Shown: positions 8,910 through 16,544 of the stretch, in pieces
Numbering within the stretch: position 1 is the stretch's first letter
Layout of the letters: each line of letters starts with the position of its first letter
DNA from: Nitrososphaera sp.
GTDB lineage: Archaea; Thermoproteota; Nitrososphaeria; Nitrososphaerales; Nitrososphaeraceae
Reading direction: 5' to 3'
Length of the DNA stretch: 36,353 bases
Assembly: GCA_035760305.1 (NCBI GenBank)
Contig: DASTTF010000078.1
Coordinates: 1 to 36,353 of the forward strand
Translations under genes and position numbers: made by a program
The notes under the pieces: generated by a model
What the model was told of the DNA's origin: nothing
Database searches by the model: none
Seen by the model: only the letters and a program-made list of their open reading frames with translations

Positions 8910-9077
8910 CTATCTGCTTAGCGATTCGGAAATGATACCTGCAAGCCTGTCCTTGCCTTCCCTGCGGTACTTTTCGGCATCGCGGGCCAGCTGCTCCTTT
9001 AATTGCCTGTAAAGGTCGACCTGCTCCCTCACGGTCTTTTCTCTGAGCTCCTCGACTTCTTCAGACGGCGAGGCCAT
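8910..9077 (-). CDS. Small hypothetical charged helical protein (55 aa), absent from the ORF track
   Basis: Hand translation MASPSEEVEELREKTVREQVDLYRQLKEQLARDAEKYRREGKDRLAGIISESLSR*. Fills the gap ahead of meaB, with a TATA-like ATAAATA about 25 nt upstream. Confidence 0.7.
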   Translation of the reverse strand: MASPSEEVEELREKTVREQVDLYRQLKEQLARDAEKYRREGKDRLAGIISESLSR

Positions 9078-9188
9078 GCAATTGTATGGCGGCTTTTGTA
9101 TTTATGGCTTGGCAGTAAACGCCGGGCTTGACCATTCACGTTCAAATTGAATAAATATTTTAAGCGGAACGGCCAATCCACCAGTATA

Positions 9189-9608
9189 ATGTCGGCGCAG
9201 CAACAGCAGCAGAAAAAGCCAATACGCGTCCTCGTGAGCAAGCTCGGTCTGGACGGCCACGACAGGGGGGCCCTCGTGATTTGCAGGGCGTTTCGCGACG
9301 CCGGCATGGAGGTAATCTATTCGGGGCTGTTCTGCACGCCAGAGCAGGTCGCAAGCATGGCGGTGGACGAAGACGTCGACGTGGTGGCGATGAGCCTGTT
9401 AAACGGCGCCCACCTGACATTGTTTCCAAAGGTCGCGCGCCTCCTGAAAGACAAGGGCGCTGGCGACATCCTCATCGTGGGCGGCGGAATCATCCCGGAA
9501 AGCGACAGGAAAGAGCTGGAAAAGCAGGGCGTGACCGGCAACTTTGGGCCCGGCACTCCGCTGCCAGTGATAATAAAGCACATCTCTGAAAACATGCAAA
9601 AGCGCTAG
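9189..9608 (+). CDS. mcmA2: Methylmalonyl-CoA mutase, small cobalamin-binding subunit
   Basis: B12-binding motif KLGLDGHDRG, plus SLLNGAH and VGGGIIP. ATG at 9189 follows a TATA-like TTTTAAG. Confidence 0.95.
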   Translation: MSAQQQQQKKPIRVLVSKLGLDGHDRGALVICRAFRDAGMEVIYSGLFCTPEQVASMAVDEDVDVVAMSLLNGAHLTLFPKVARLLKDKGAGDILIVGGGIIPESDRKELEKQGVTGNFGPGTPLPVIIKHISENMQKR

Positions 9609-9646
9609 TTACTGCGCCTTTGCAAATGCAGGATGGTCTGGCAGGA

Positions 9647-10651
9647 TCAGACTTCGGGCGCGTCGGGCCACATCATCCTGCGCATCTCCCTGCCCACCTT
9701 TTCCACCTGGTGACTCTCAATTTCCTTCATGTAGCGCGCAAACGAGTTCTTGCCCTCCTTCTTGTACTTGCTGACCCATTCCTCGGCGAATTCGCCGGAC
9801 TGGATCTCCTTGAGCGCTTCTTTCATCTTTTTCTTGGCCTCCTTGTCTACCACGCGCGGACCGCGGGTGAGCCCGCCGTACCTCGCGGTTTCGCTCACGC
9901 GGTTGTACATGCCGGTGATGCCGTACTTTTGGATGAGATCCACTATCAGCTTCAGCTCGTGCAGGCACTCAAAATACGCGACCTCTGGCTGGTAGCCGGC
10001 CTCGACAAGCGTCTCAAAGGCGTTCATCACCATCGCGTGGGCTCCGCCGCACAGGTCGACCTGCTCGCCGAACCAGTCGGTTTCTACCTCTTCCTTGAAA
10101 TTAGTCTGCAGCACGCCGGGGCGGGTGCTCCCTATCCCCTTTGCCATCGCAAGGACGCGGTCCCACGCCTTGCCAGAATGGTCCTGGTAGACTGCCACGA
10201 GCGAAGGGGTCCCGAACCCTTCCTGATATAATTCGCGGACGCGCTGGCCCGGCCCCTTTGGAGCGACCATGATCACGTCTACGTTCTTTGGCGGCACTAT
10301 CCACTTCCAGTGGATTGCCGCGCCGTGGGAAAACGAAAGTGCCTTGCCTTCGGTGACATGCTTGGCGATTTCTTTTTTATAAGTGTCGGCCTGCTCCATG
10401 TCCGGGATCAGGATGTGTATAATGTCGGCGGCCTTTGCTGCCTCTCCGACTTCCATGATCTTGTGGCCCTCTGCCTCTGCCTGCTTCCACGTCTTGCCTC
10501 CCTTCCTGAGGCCGACTATGACCTTGAGACCAGAGTCCTTCATGTTGGACGCTTGGGCGCGCCCCTGAATTCCGTAACCGATAACTGCAATCGTCTGGTT
10601 CTTTAGCGGAGCTAGTGACACTTGGTTGTCGAGCCATTTCTTGGCGGGCAT
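9647..10651 (-). CDS. ilvC: Ketol-acid reductoisomerase (class I)
   Basis: IGYGIQGRAQA, ILIPD, FSHG, MVAPKGPG, ETDWFGEQVDLCGG, AYFECLHELKLIVDL and SETARYG. Confidence 0.97.
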   Translation of the reverse strand: MPAKKWLDNQVSLAPLKNQTIAVIGYGIQGRAQASNMKDSGLKVIVGLRKGGKTWKQAEAEGHKIMEVGEAAKAADIIHILIPDMEQADTYKKEIAKHVTEGKALSFSHGAAIHWKWIVPPKNVDVIMVAPKGPGQRVRELYQEGFGTPSLVAVYQDHSGKAWDRVLAMAKGIGSTRPGVLQTNFKEEVETDWFGEQVDLCGGAHAMVMNAFETLVEAGYQPEVAYFECLHELKLIVDLIQKYGITGMYNRVSETARYGGLTRGPRVVDKEAKKKMKEALKEIQSGEFAEEWVSKYKKEGKNSFARYMKEIESHQVEKVGREMRRMMWPDAPEV

Positions 10652-10683
10652 GAACGTGTTTCGCTGGCACGCATTATATTATT

Positions 10684-10989
10684 CTACTGATAGTTTGCGA
10701 TCAAAGGCAGACGGCGCGCGGACCACCACCTGTCAAGCTCTGCCAGCATGGCTTCAAGCTCCTTTGCGCCGGCAGTCAAACTGTATTCAATTTTTGATGA
10801 ATTCTGAATCTTTGCCACGAGCCCTTCGCGCTCCAGTTCCAGAAACCTTTCAGACAGCACCGTGCCGCTTATTCCCACCAAGGCTTTCTTGATCTCGCTA
10901 AAGCGCACTGCTTCTTTTTGGCCCATGCTTTTCAAAATGGGCAACATCCACCTCTTCCCGAGCATTCTCCATATTTCGGCTTCAGACAT
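10684..10989 (-). CDS. HxlR-family winged-helix transcriptional regulator
   Basis: LGKRWMLPIL...RFSEIKKALVGISGTVLSERFLELEREGLV...EYSLT. Confidence 0.9.
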   Translation of the reverse strand: MSEAEIWRMLGKRWMLPILKSMGQKEAVRFSEIKKALVGISGTVLSERFLELEREGLVAKIQNSSKIEYSLTAGAKELEAMLAELDRWWSARRLPLIANYQ

Positions 10990-11110
10990 TTGGATGCGTT
11001 TCCTTTTGCCAGCATTGAAGGCAATAGTCTCCTGTCACTTGGAATATCTCAGCCCTTTTCTGGGAGCAGTACTGGCAGTCCAGTACGTCTTGATCTTGCC
11101 TTCGGCTCAT
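10982..11110 (-). CDS. 42-aa CxxC...CxxC zinc-finger-like microprotein, absent from the ORF track
   Basis: Hand translation MSRRQDQDVLDCQYCSQKRAEIFQVTGDYCLQCWQKETHPNV*. ATGA overlap with the upstream stop (11107-11110) and an 8-nt overlap with the HxlR start. Confidence 0.8.
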   Translation of the reverse strand: MSRRQDQDVLDCQYCSQKRAEIFQVTGDYCLQCWQKETHPNV

Positions 11111-11553
11111 TTCATCCTGTCACCATGCCGTCTGGATCTGTTGTAGACAAACGTCAGTACTGCAATCGCCACTACAGAAACGGTTATCAGGATAGTTCCT
11201 ATAACGACATGACCATTATGTGGAAGTCCGAATCCTATGCCGGCAGCTATGTAAAACTCATGTGGTGCCGACTTGTAAAAGAGACCTATCCCAATTATTG
11301 CTCCTGCTACAAGCAAATACTTCATCGGCACGCCGGCTCGGGCTGCGATTGCGATTACGATGACAAGGCCAAGCCCGTAAAGGGCGTCTGCAAAAGGAGT
11401 CCGCACCGCTAGGCCAGATTCAATGCCAATGACTCCGCCTAAAACTGGCGCTATGCTGAGGAATCCAAGCACAAATCCTGTCAAGTGAACTGCTATGCCG
11501 GCTATCCAGTACTTGTGGACCTGCCTTGCGACGCTACTGGACTGCTCTGGCAA
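11107..11553 (-). CDS. Hypothetical integral membrane protein (about 4 TM) with a His-containing loop
   Basis: Hydrophobic helices and the motif APHEFYIAAGIGFGLPHNGH. Overlaps the SRPBCC stop; start (TTG) uncertain. Confidence 0.75.
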   Translation of the reverse strand: MPEQSSSVARQVHKYWIAGIAVHLTGFVLGFLSIAPVLGGVIGIESGLAVRTPFADALYGLGLVIVIAIAARAGVPMKYLLVAGAIIGIGLFYKSAPHEFYIAAGIGFGLPHNGHVVIGTILITVSVVAIAVLTFVYNRSRRHGDRMK

Positions 11554-11956
11554 TTCTATCTAGAGCCTCCTCGGTTCCTTCTGCAATACGCTCTCTTACT
11601 ATGCCTCTAAACAAAAGAGGAATGCCGGACAGCTTGACGTCCCATGAAACGTTGATTTTTGTTGTTTCGTCGCTGGATGGGATCAGCGTAATAATCCTGT
11701 TGCCTATTACCGGACCTTCAATGAGCGTCATCTCTATCGATTTTTTCGAGTGCAGCTCCACGATCTGGCGGCTTTTTGAGTTTCGAATGCCCACTGTAAC
11801 CTCTCTTTCTATGACGTTGCCGTTCCTGCTGATGTTGTAAATGGCATGGAGATCCCGCCAGTATCGCGGTTCGCTGTCCACGTCCGAGATGATGCTCCAC
11901 ACCTTGTCAAGGGATACAGAGATCTCTCGGCTGGCATTAATCTCGGTCATTGTCAT
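11534..11956 (-). CDS. SRPBCC (polyketide cyclase/START-like) family protein
   Basis: EINASREISVSLDKVWSIISDVDSEPRYW, and a C-terminal helix EGTEEALDRIA. SD-like GAGGTGA (11961-11967) supports ATG 11956 or 11950 rather than 12022. Confidence 0.85.
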   Translation of the reverse strand: MTMTEINASREISVSLDKVWSIISDVDSEPRYWRDLHAIYNISRNGNVIEREVTVGIRNSKSRQIVELHSKKSIEMTLIEGPVIGNRIITLIPSSDETTKINVSWDVKLSGIPLLFRGIVRERIAEGTEEALDRIARAVQ

Positions 11957-11976
11957 TATGTCACCTCGCAGCGACG

Positions 11977-12486
11977 TTATCGCCACATTCCTCCACCGTG
12001 TCCCTTCCACGGCCCATGCCATCCTCCATGATCGTGTCCGCCCCGCTGTCCATACATCGAGTGACCAAAGGAACCTAGTGACTGGCTTTCTGAGGTGTAG
12101 AGCACTTCGCCGTTTCCAGCATCAACTATGACCGAGTGTCCTGTCTGGTTTCCGGTGTTTGCCACAAAGAACGTGTACACGAGGTATCCCTGCACCACGC
12201 CCAGATGCCCGCCAAGCACTCTTCCATCGTCTACCTGCCCTTGCGCAGTCTCCGCGGCTGCTACAAACGGCACCTTGACGTTTTCATGGACAAAGTCGCT
12301 TGTTTCATTTGCAACGCTCACCGAGCCGTTTATTTCGGGCATCCCTTCGCCCTGCCACATCATCATTTTCTGTTGTTGCTGCATCGTTGCCTGAGCTATC
12401 GACGGGGCTGCTAAAAAGACGGCCACCGCGCCAACAGCCAGGACTGCAACGATTATCACCTTCTTGCTCAGAAGATTTGTTGACAT
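11977..12486 (-). CDS. Exported PepSY-like domain protein with Met-rich and His/Gly-rich segments
   Basis: Signal peptide, AAAETAQGQV...GYLVYTF...VIVDAGNGEVLY (PepSY pattern), and tail GGHDHGGWHGPWKGHGGGM. Confidence 0.78.
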   Translation of the reverse strand: MSTNLLSKKVIIVAVLAVGAVAVFLAAPSIAQATMQQQQKMMMWQGEGMPEINGSVSVANETSDFVHENVKVPFVAAAETAQGQVDDGRVLGGHLGVVQGYLVYTFFVANTGNQTGHSVIVDAGNGEVLYTSESQSLGSFGHSMYGQRGGHDHGGWHGPWKGHGGGMWR

Positions 12487-12501
12487 GCCTAAACTCTGTG
12501 A

Positions 12502-12548
12502 TGAATTATTTTAACCATTGTTTACCCATGACACGTAACTTAGTTACC
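12502..12548 (-). repeat. 47-bp duplicated promoter/operator, copy 1 (upstream of the PepSY operon)
   Basis: TGAATTATTTTAACCATTGTTTACCCATGACACGTAACTTAGTTACC is 46/47 identical to 13393-13439. Contains GTAAC-N3-GTTAC (12535-12547) and minus-strand TTAAAATA starting 28 nt before the ATG. Confidence 0.9.
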
Positions 12549-12573
12549 TGAAGAAATGAAAAATCTAGCGCAG

Positions 12574-12978
12574 TTATTTGGCGGCTGTCATCGCCATTCC
12601 AGTCTTTATGCTTTTTACTATTCCAAGAGCAAGTATTGCCAGCCCGTAGGCAAAGCCGATAATTGGACCCGGCAGTACCAGAACTGTAAAGTACCGAGTA
12701 CCTGTTGTTATGCCGTCTATGACCATTAGTGCACCATTGACAACCAATGCGGCTGACACTAGAAGCGATGGCTTGTTCCATGATAACGCAAATGCTGCAG
12801 CTGAAAGTATCAGTGGACTGAGCTGAAACGACAAGCCTCTAGTCATTGGATTGGCAATTGGCAGAAAACCGCCTGCCGTCCCGCCTTCTTTGGCGATTTC
12901 ATCAATATAATAAATTGAAAAAATAGCAAGGCTTGCTATGGCTAGTACCTGTGCCAGTGCAAGCCTTGAATTTGTCAT
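12574..12978 (-). CDS. Hypothetical 4-TM membrane protein (paralog of 12999..13376)
   Basis: Starts MTNSRL and shares AAFALSW and PGPIIG...GLAILALGIVK with its neighbour. Confidence 0.8.
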   Translation of the reverse strand: MTNSRLALAQVLAIASLAIFSIYYIDEIAKEGGTAGGFLPIANPMTRGLSFQLSPLILSAAAFALSWNKPSLLVSAALVVNGALMVIDGITTGTRYFTVLVLPGPIIGFAYGLAILALGIVKSIKTGMAMTAAK

Positions 12979-12998
12979 TTTCCTGCGCTCTCAGGCAG

Positions 12999-13376
12999 TC
13001 ATTCTGCTGCCGCTACCACTGCCGTGCTCGCCGTTCTTACGCCCTTTGCTGCACCAAGCCCAAGTATTGCCAGCCCAAAGATGACTCCCAGGATGGGACC
13101 CGGGAACACAATGACTGCAAAGTTTATGCTCGCTAGAGCTACCAGAGCTGGGATCATGTATATGACGCCCGTTGCAACCAGCAATCCTGCTACGAGATAA
13201 GATCTCTGCTTCCATGAGACAGCAAATGCCACTGCTGACAACGCTATTGAGCTTATGCTGAGCGCCGTTCCAAAAACTAGACCGAGCACCGCTATTCCAC
13301 TCGCCAGATTGGGCAAGACCAAGGCGAGCGCTGCTGCGGCCAGCCCTGCTCCGATTACGAGTCTTGAATTTGTCAT
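12999..13376 (-). CDS. Hypothetical 4-TM membrane protein (paralog of 12574..12978)
   Basis: Starts MTNSRL at ATG 13376 (the track's 13409 start lies inside the duplicated promoter). Contains VAFAVSW and PGPILG...GLAILGLGAAK. Confidence 0.8.
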   Translation of the reverse strand: MTNSRLVIGAGLAAAALALVLPNLASGIAVLGLVFGTALSISSIALSAVAFAVSWKQRSYLVAGLLVATGVIYMIPALVALASINFAVIVFPGPILGVIFGLAILGLGAAKGVRTASTAVVAAAE

Positions 13377-13392
13377 GGCGCAGACTACGGCG

Positions 13393-13439
13393 TGAATTAT
13401 TTTAACCATTGTTTACCCATGACACGTAACATAGTTACC
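13393..13439 (-). repeat. 47-bp duplicated promoter/operator, copy 2
   Basis: TGAATTATTTTAACCATTGTTTACCCATGACACGTAACATAGTTACC, with palindrome GTAAC-ATA-GTTAC at 13426-13438. Confidence 0.9.
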
Positions 13440-13582
13440 ACACCGTTAATGTAGCCCGGCCGGCAAGCCCTTTTAGGAAGCGTGCGCCATAGTGCTAGTG
13501 ATATACATGCCTCGCCTTGATGGTTATTGCTATTCTTCATTAATTAACCCTGCAACGTTCAAGCCTGAAAAACCTGGTTAAA

Positions 13583-13882
13583 TTGGTCCACGAATACCGC
13601 GACAGGGTCTACATCAGAAAGGACGTCATATTGAAGCTCTCGGAATATGGCGAGCTCAACCAGAGCAAGCTGATGAGCTACTGCGGGTTGAACAACGTAA
13701 AGCACAAGGGGATAATCGACGACATGGTCGAGAAGGGACTGATAGTGAGGTTCGAAGAGCCGTGGGGCAATAAGACGATAATCAAGTACAAGGTCTCGGA
13801 AAAAGGGAGGGCAATTTTCCAGGAAATCCTCGAGCCGTACGAAGTGCTGTTCCCAAGGGGCGAGGTTGAAAAATCACAATGA
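13583..13882 (+). CDS. Small archaeal winged-helix transcriptional regulator
   Basis: YRDR...LNQSKLMSYCGLN...MVEKGLI...KYKVSEKGR, the typical archaeal stand-alone wHTH pattern. TTG start. Confidence 0.85.
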   Translation: MVHEYRDRVYIRKDVILKLSEYGELNQSKLMSYCGLNNVKHKGIIDDMVEKGLIVRFEEPWGNKTIIKYKVSEKGRAIFQEILEPYEVLFPRGEVEKSQ

Positions 13883-13888
13883 TGATAG

Positions 13889-13916
13889 GTAACATAGTTA
13901 CTGCATTTCTTATAAT
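13889..13916 (+). promoter_or_regulatory. Third GTAAC-N3-GTTAC site plus TATA box upstream of the membrane protein gene
   Basis: GTAACATAGTTAC at 13889-13901, then CTTATAAT at 13909-13916, 30 nt before GTG 13939. Confidence 0.75.
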
Positions 13917-13938
13917 GAGCGGGGGGGAAATCTAGGCA

Positions 13939-14340
13939 GTGGCAGAGCCGGGCAAGAAGGACAAGCGTGCAGAAAATGTCTTTCGTATAATGGACGAGAT
14001 AGTCCACCAGCTGAACAAGACCAAGAGGATGTTCATCCTGATGATAGTCTCCTTCATCATCGTCGTGCCTGCAACGCACATCATCACCGTTGCATTGGTA
14101 GGGGAGACGATCTTTGACGAAGGGGGGCCGCCGTTCGATAGGTCAGGGCCTCCAGACAACCCCGCGTTCAGGGCGGTGCAGGCCGTCGTAATCGGCACCG
14201 TCCTAGTCTGGATAGGGATCGGCGTAAGGCAGTGGTTCGTGCTATCAAAATGGACCAAAAAGTACAGGCAGTACAAGGAGTTGCAGAAAAAGATCGATGA
14301 AAAGCTGGACTATGACGAAGATGATGAAAAGCAGCCCTAG
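13939..14340 (+). CDS. Hypothetical 2-TM membrane protein with coiled/charged termini
   Basis: Two hydrophobic helices around a Pro/Gly loop, with C-terminal WTKKYRQYKELQKKIDEKL. Confidence 0.8.
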   Translation: MAEPGKKDKRAENVFRIMDEIVHQLNKTKRMFILMIVSFIIVVPATHIITVALVGETIFDEGGPPFDRSGPPDNPAFRAVQAVVIGTVLVWIGIGVRQWFVLSKWTKKYRQYKELQKKIDEKLDYDEDDEKQP

Positions 14341-14582
14341 CTCTTCATTTCAGAGTTGAACTTTTCCATCAGGATATCGGCTCCCCTGCCAAACAGGCTC
14401 GAAAACGCGGACTCGACCTTTTTCTTTGACAGGCTGTCTGGGTCGGAGACAGAGACGCCGTGCTCCTTGTAAAGGTAGAAAAGCAGGTGGTCCTTCGCGT
14501 CGCCGCCGAACAGGTCAAGGGTCTTTTTGAGGGCCGCCTGCATCTGGACAGCTGCGACCTCGTCGACCGACTTTCTCCTCAT
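14337..14582 (-). CDS. Small hypothetical helical protein associated with the two-component locus (DUF3227/thaumarchaeal output-domain-like)
   Basis: ALKKTLDLFG...LLFYLYKEHGV...SSLFGRGADILM. Divergent from the response regulator. Family resemblance is from memory; start probably ATG 14582. Confidence 0.65.
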   Translation of the reverse strand: MRRKSVDEVAAVQMQAALKKTLDLFGGDAKDHLLFYLYKEHGVSVSDPDSLSKKKVESAFSSLFGRGADILMEKFNSEMKS

Positions 14583-14683
14583 CAACTCATCGTCGATAGG
14601 CGAGAACTGCGTTAAAGCAGTTGTATGTAGTAATTTCAACAGGCTCGACCCTATATACGATGTAAAGGCTAATTTTTGAGCAT

Positions 14684-15205
14684 ATGAGGATACTGATAGC
14701 CGAAGACGAGCCTACAATAGCGATGCAGTACGAAATCGCGCTGAAGGACAGAAAGCATGATGTTGTAGTCACTCACGACGGCGAGCAGTGTCTTGAGGCA
14801 TTTTATCAGGAGATGGAAAAGCACGAGCCTGCCCACAATCAAAAGATGATGAAACCGCCTTTTGATGCGGTTATTCTCGATTACAGGATGCCAAAAAAGG
14901 ATGGTATGGAAGTCGCCAAGGAAATCCTGGCGATAGAGCCAAAGCAGAGGATTCTCTTTGCGTCGGCCTATGTCCTTGAAACGCTGGTGGACTCTGTCAA
15001 GAACCTCCATCAGGTCGTCGAGCTCATACAAAAGCCGTTCGAGCTCGATCCGTTCGTAGATCTCATAGAGGACAAGGGGATCTACCGTGAGCTGGAAAAG
15101 CTTAACGTGAACGCTAGGGAGATCAAGGACCTGAACCCGACACATCAACAGGTACAGGACCTGCTCGAAGGGCTGAAAAAACTCCAGAAAGGCAGGACGC
15201 TCTAG
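14684..15205 (+). CDS. Response regulator (REC domain plus short C-terminal helical tail)
   Basis: ILIAEDE, phosphoacceptor ILDYRMP, DGMEV, FASAY and QKPF. Confidence 0.93.
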   Translation: MRILIAEDEPTIAMQYEIALKDRKHDVVVTHDGEQCLEAFYQEMEKHEPAHNQKMMKPPFDAVILDYRMPKKDGMEVAKEILAIEPKQRILFASAYVLETLVDSVKNLHQVVELIQKPFELDPFVDLIEDKGIYRELEKLNVNAREIKDLNPTHQQVQDLLEGLKKLQKGRTL

Positions 15206-15215
15206 CGCAAGTTTT

Positions 15216-16379
15216 TTAATCATAGATGATGTTTGACTGATCTATGGGAAGAATTATTGTAAATGTGGCCCCTCCTATGGCATTGTTGTAGGCAAAGATC
15301 TCGCCCTTGTGGGCAGTCACTATCGCCTTGCTTATGAACAGGCCGAGGCCCGTACCACCGTGGCCGTCGGTTTCGCCGACGCTCTTGGTCACAAACTTGC
15401 CAAAGAGGTTAGGCAGGACCTGCTCAGATATGCCGGCGCCGGTATCACTCACCTTTATCTCAACCTTGTTCTTGATAGCAAACGCCCTGCATTCTATCTT
15501 TATGCTGCCCTTTTCAGTGAACTTGATCGCGTTGCCGATGACATTGGACAGCACCTGGGTTATGCGCGACTTGTCGAGTTCGACTTCCAAGTTCTTGCTT
15601 CCTTCATCTATTATGAGCTCTATCGATACGTCCTTTGCAATGTTTGCACCCGCAGAACTTGCTGCGCTTTCAAGCAGACTCTCTATCGCCACCCTCTCCA
15701 TTTGGTACATGAGGCTACCGCTCTCGATCCTGCTGACGTCTAGTATGTCGTTTGCCAGCTGCTGGAGCCGGCGCGCTTCCTTTAGGATCCCCTCCCACGC
15801 CTCCTCTTGGCTTACCATACCTTTCTTGGCAAGGACGGCGTAGCCCAGAAGCGGCTGGATGGGGGTCCTCAGTTCGTGCGACGCTATCGCGATGAACTCG
15901 TTCTTTAGCTGCTCTTTTACCTTCAGCTCCTGATTTGCCCTTTCCACGTCCTTTTTCGTCTTGTAAATATCAGTCTGGTCAATGAACGCAATGTTGCAGG
16001 CGATCACGTTCCCATGCTCGTTGTGCACCGAGGCGGCGCTTAGCAGCGCGGGGAAGATATCGCCCTCCTTTCTCCGGAGCCACACCTCAAGGTTCTCAAG
16101 AAGTCCTATTTTCTGCCACACCTCGAGGTATTCGTGCATGATGACTAGGCTGTTTGTATCGACGTGGTCAAATATCGACACGCCTATTGACTCAGCCCGA
16201 GTGTATCCTATGCGCCTCGCATAAGTCTCGTTGCAATCAAGGATTATCCCATTTTCGCTCACGGTGCAGTAAAACACCGGTGAATTCTCATAAAGACTCT
16301 CAAGTATCCTATAAGTTCTTGAATACCTACCTGTCAACCGCTCGCCCCCCTTTAGGGACCCGTCAGCCTGCTGCTTCAA
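15216..16379 (-). CDS. Cytoplasmic PAS-domain sensor histidine kinase
   Basis: PAS (GIILDCN...IGYTRAESIG...RRKEG), H-box ASHELRTP, N-box NAIKFT, G1 DTGAGI and G2 GTGLGLFISK. Confidence 0.93.
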   Translation of the reverse strand: MKQQADGSLKGGERLTGRYSRTYRILESLYENSPVFYCTVSENGIILDCNETYARRIGYTRAESIGVSIFDHVDTNSLVIMHEYLEVWQKIGLLENLEVWLRRKEGDIFPALLSAASVHNEHGNVIACNIAFIDQTDIYKTKKDVERANQELKVKEQLKNEFIAIASHELRTPIQPLLGYAVLAKKGMVSQEEAWEGILKEARRLQQLANDILDVSRIESGSLMYQMERVAIESLLESAASSAGANIAKDVSIELIIDEGSKNLEVELDKSRITQVLSNVIGNAIKFTEKGSIKIECRAFAIKNKVEIKVSDTGAGISEQVLPNLFGKFVTKSVGETDGHGGTGLGLFISKAIVTAHKGEIFAYNNAIGGATFTIILPIDQSNIIYD

Positions 16380-16544
16380 TGTAGTGTACGATCAAAGATC
16401 AGGCTTTAGGGTTCGTATGTAAATCGCCTTACACCCTGATCGTTATCCCCGAAGCAATGACAAGCTGCAGATCTGAATTCCTTCTAGGCAACAGACAGTA
16501 GAAAACTTTTAACCCATTACGTCGTAAAAGCCTCTGGTAGCTGC

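Noticed and set aside
9198-9212. CAG/CAA poly-Gln tract (also QQQQ in the PepSY-like protein)
   Set aside because: Short, in-frame, mixed-codon tracts in flexible termini give no evidence of phase variation.
5892-9608. Split mutase with a divergent B12-binding subunit as a new pathway
   Set aside because: These are known components of the thaumarchaeal 3-hydroxypropionate/4-hydroxybutyrate cycle.
13507-13581. 24-codon ORF just upstream of the wHTH gene
   Set aside because: It has no motif and spans the AT-rich probable promoter of the regulator, so it is likely chance.
12502-13901. Repeats as a CRISPR array or IS/MITE ends
   Set aside because: There are only two long copies 891 bp apart plus a 13-bp motif, with no spacer periodicity, cas genes, transposase or target-site duplication. 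All copies sit at promoter positions.
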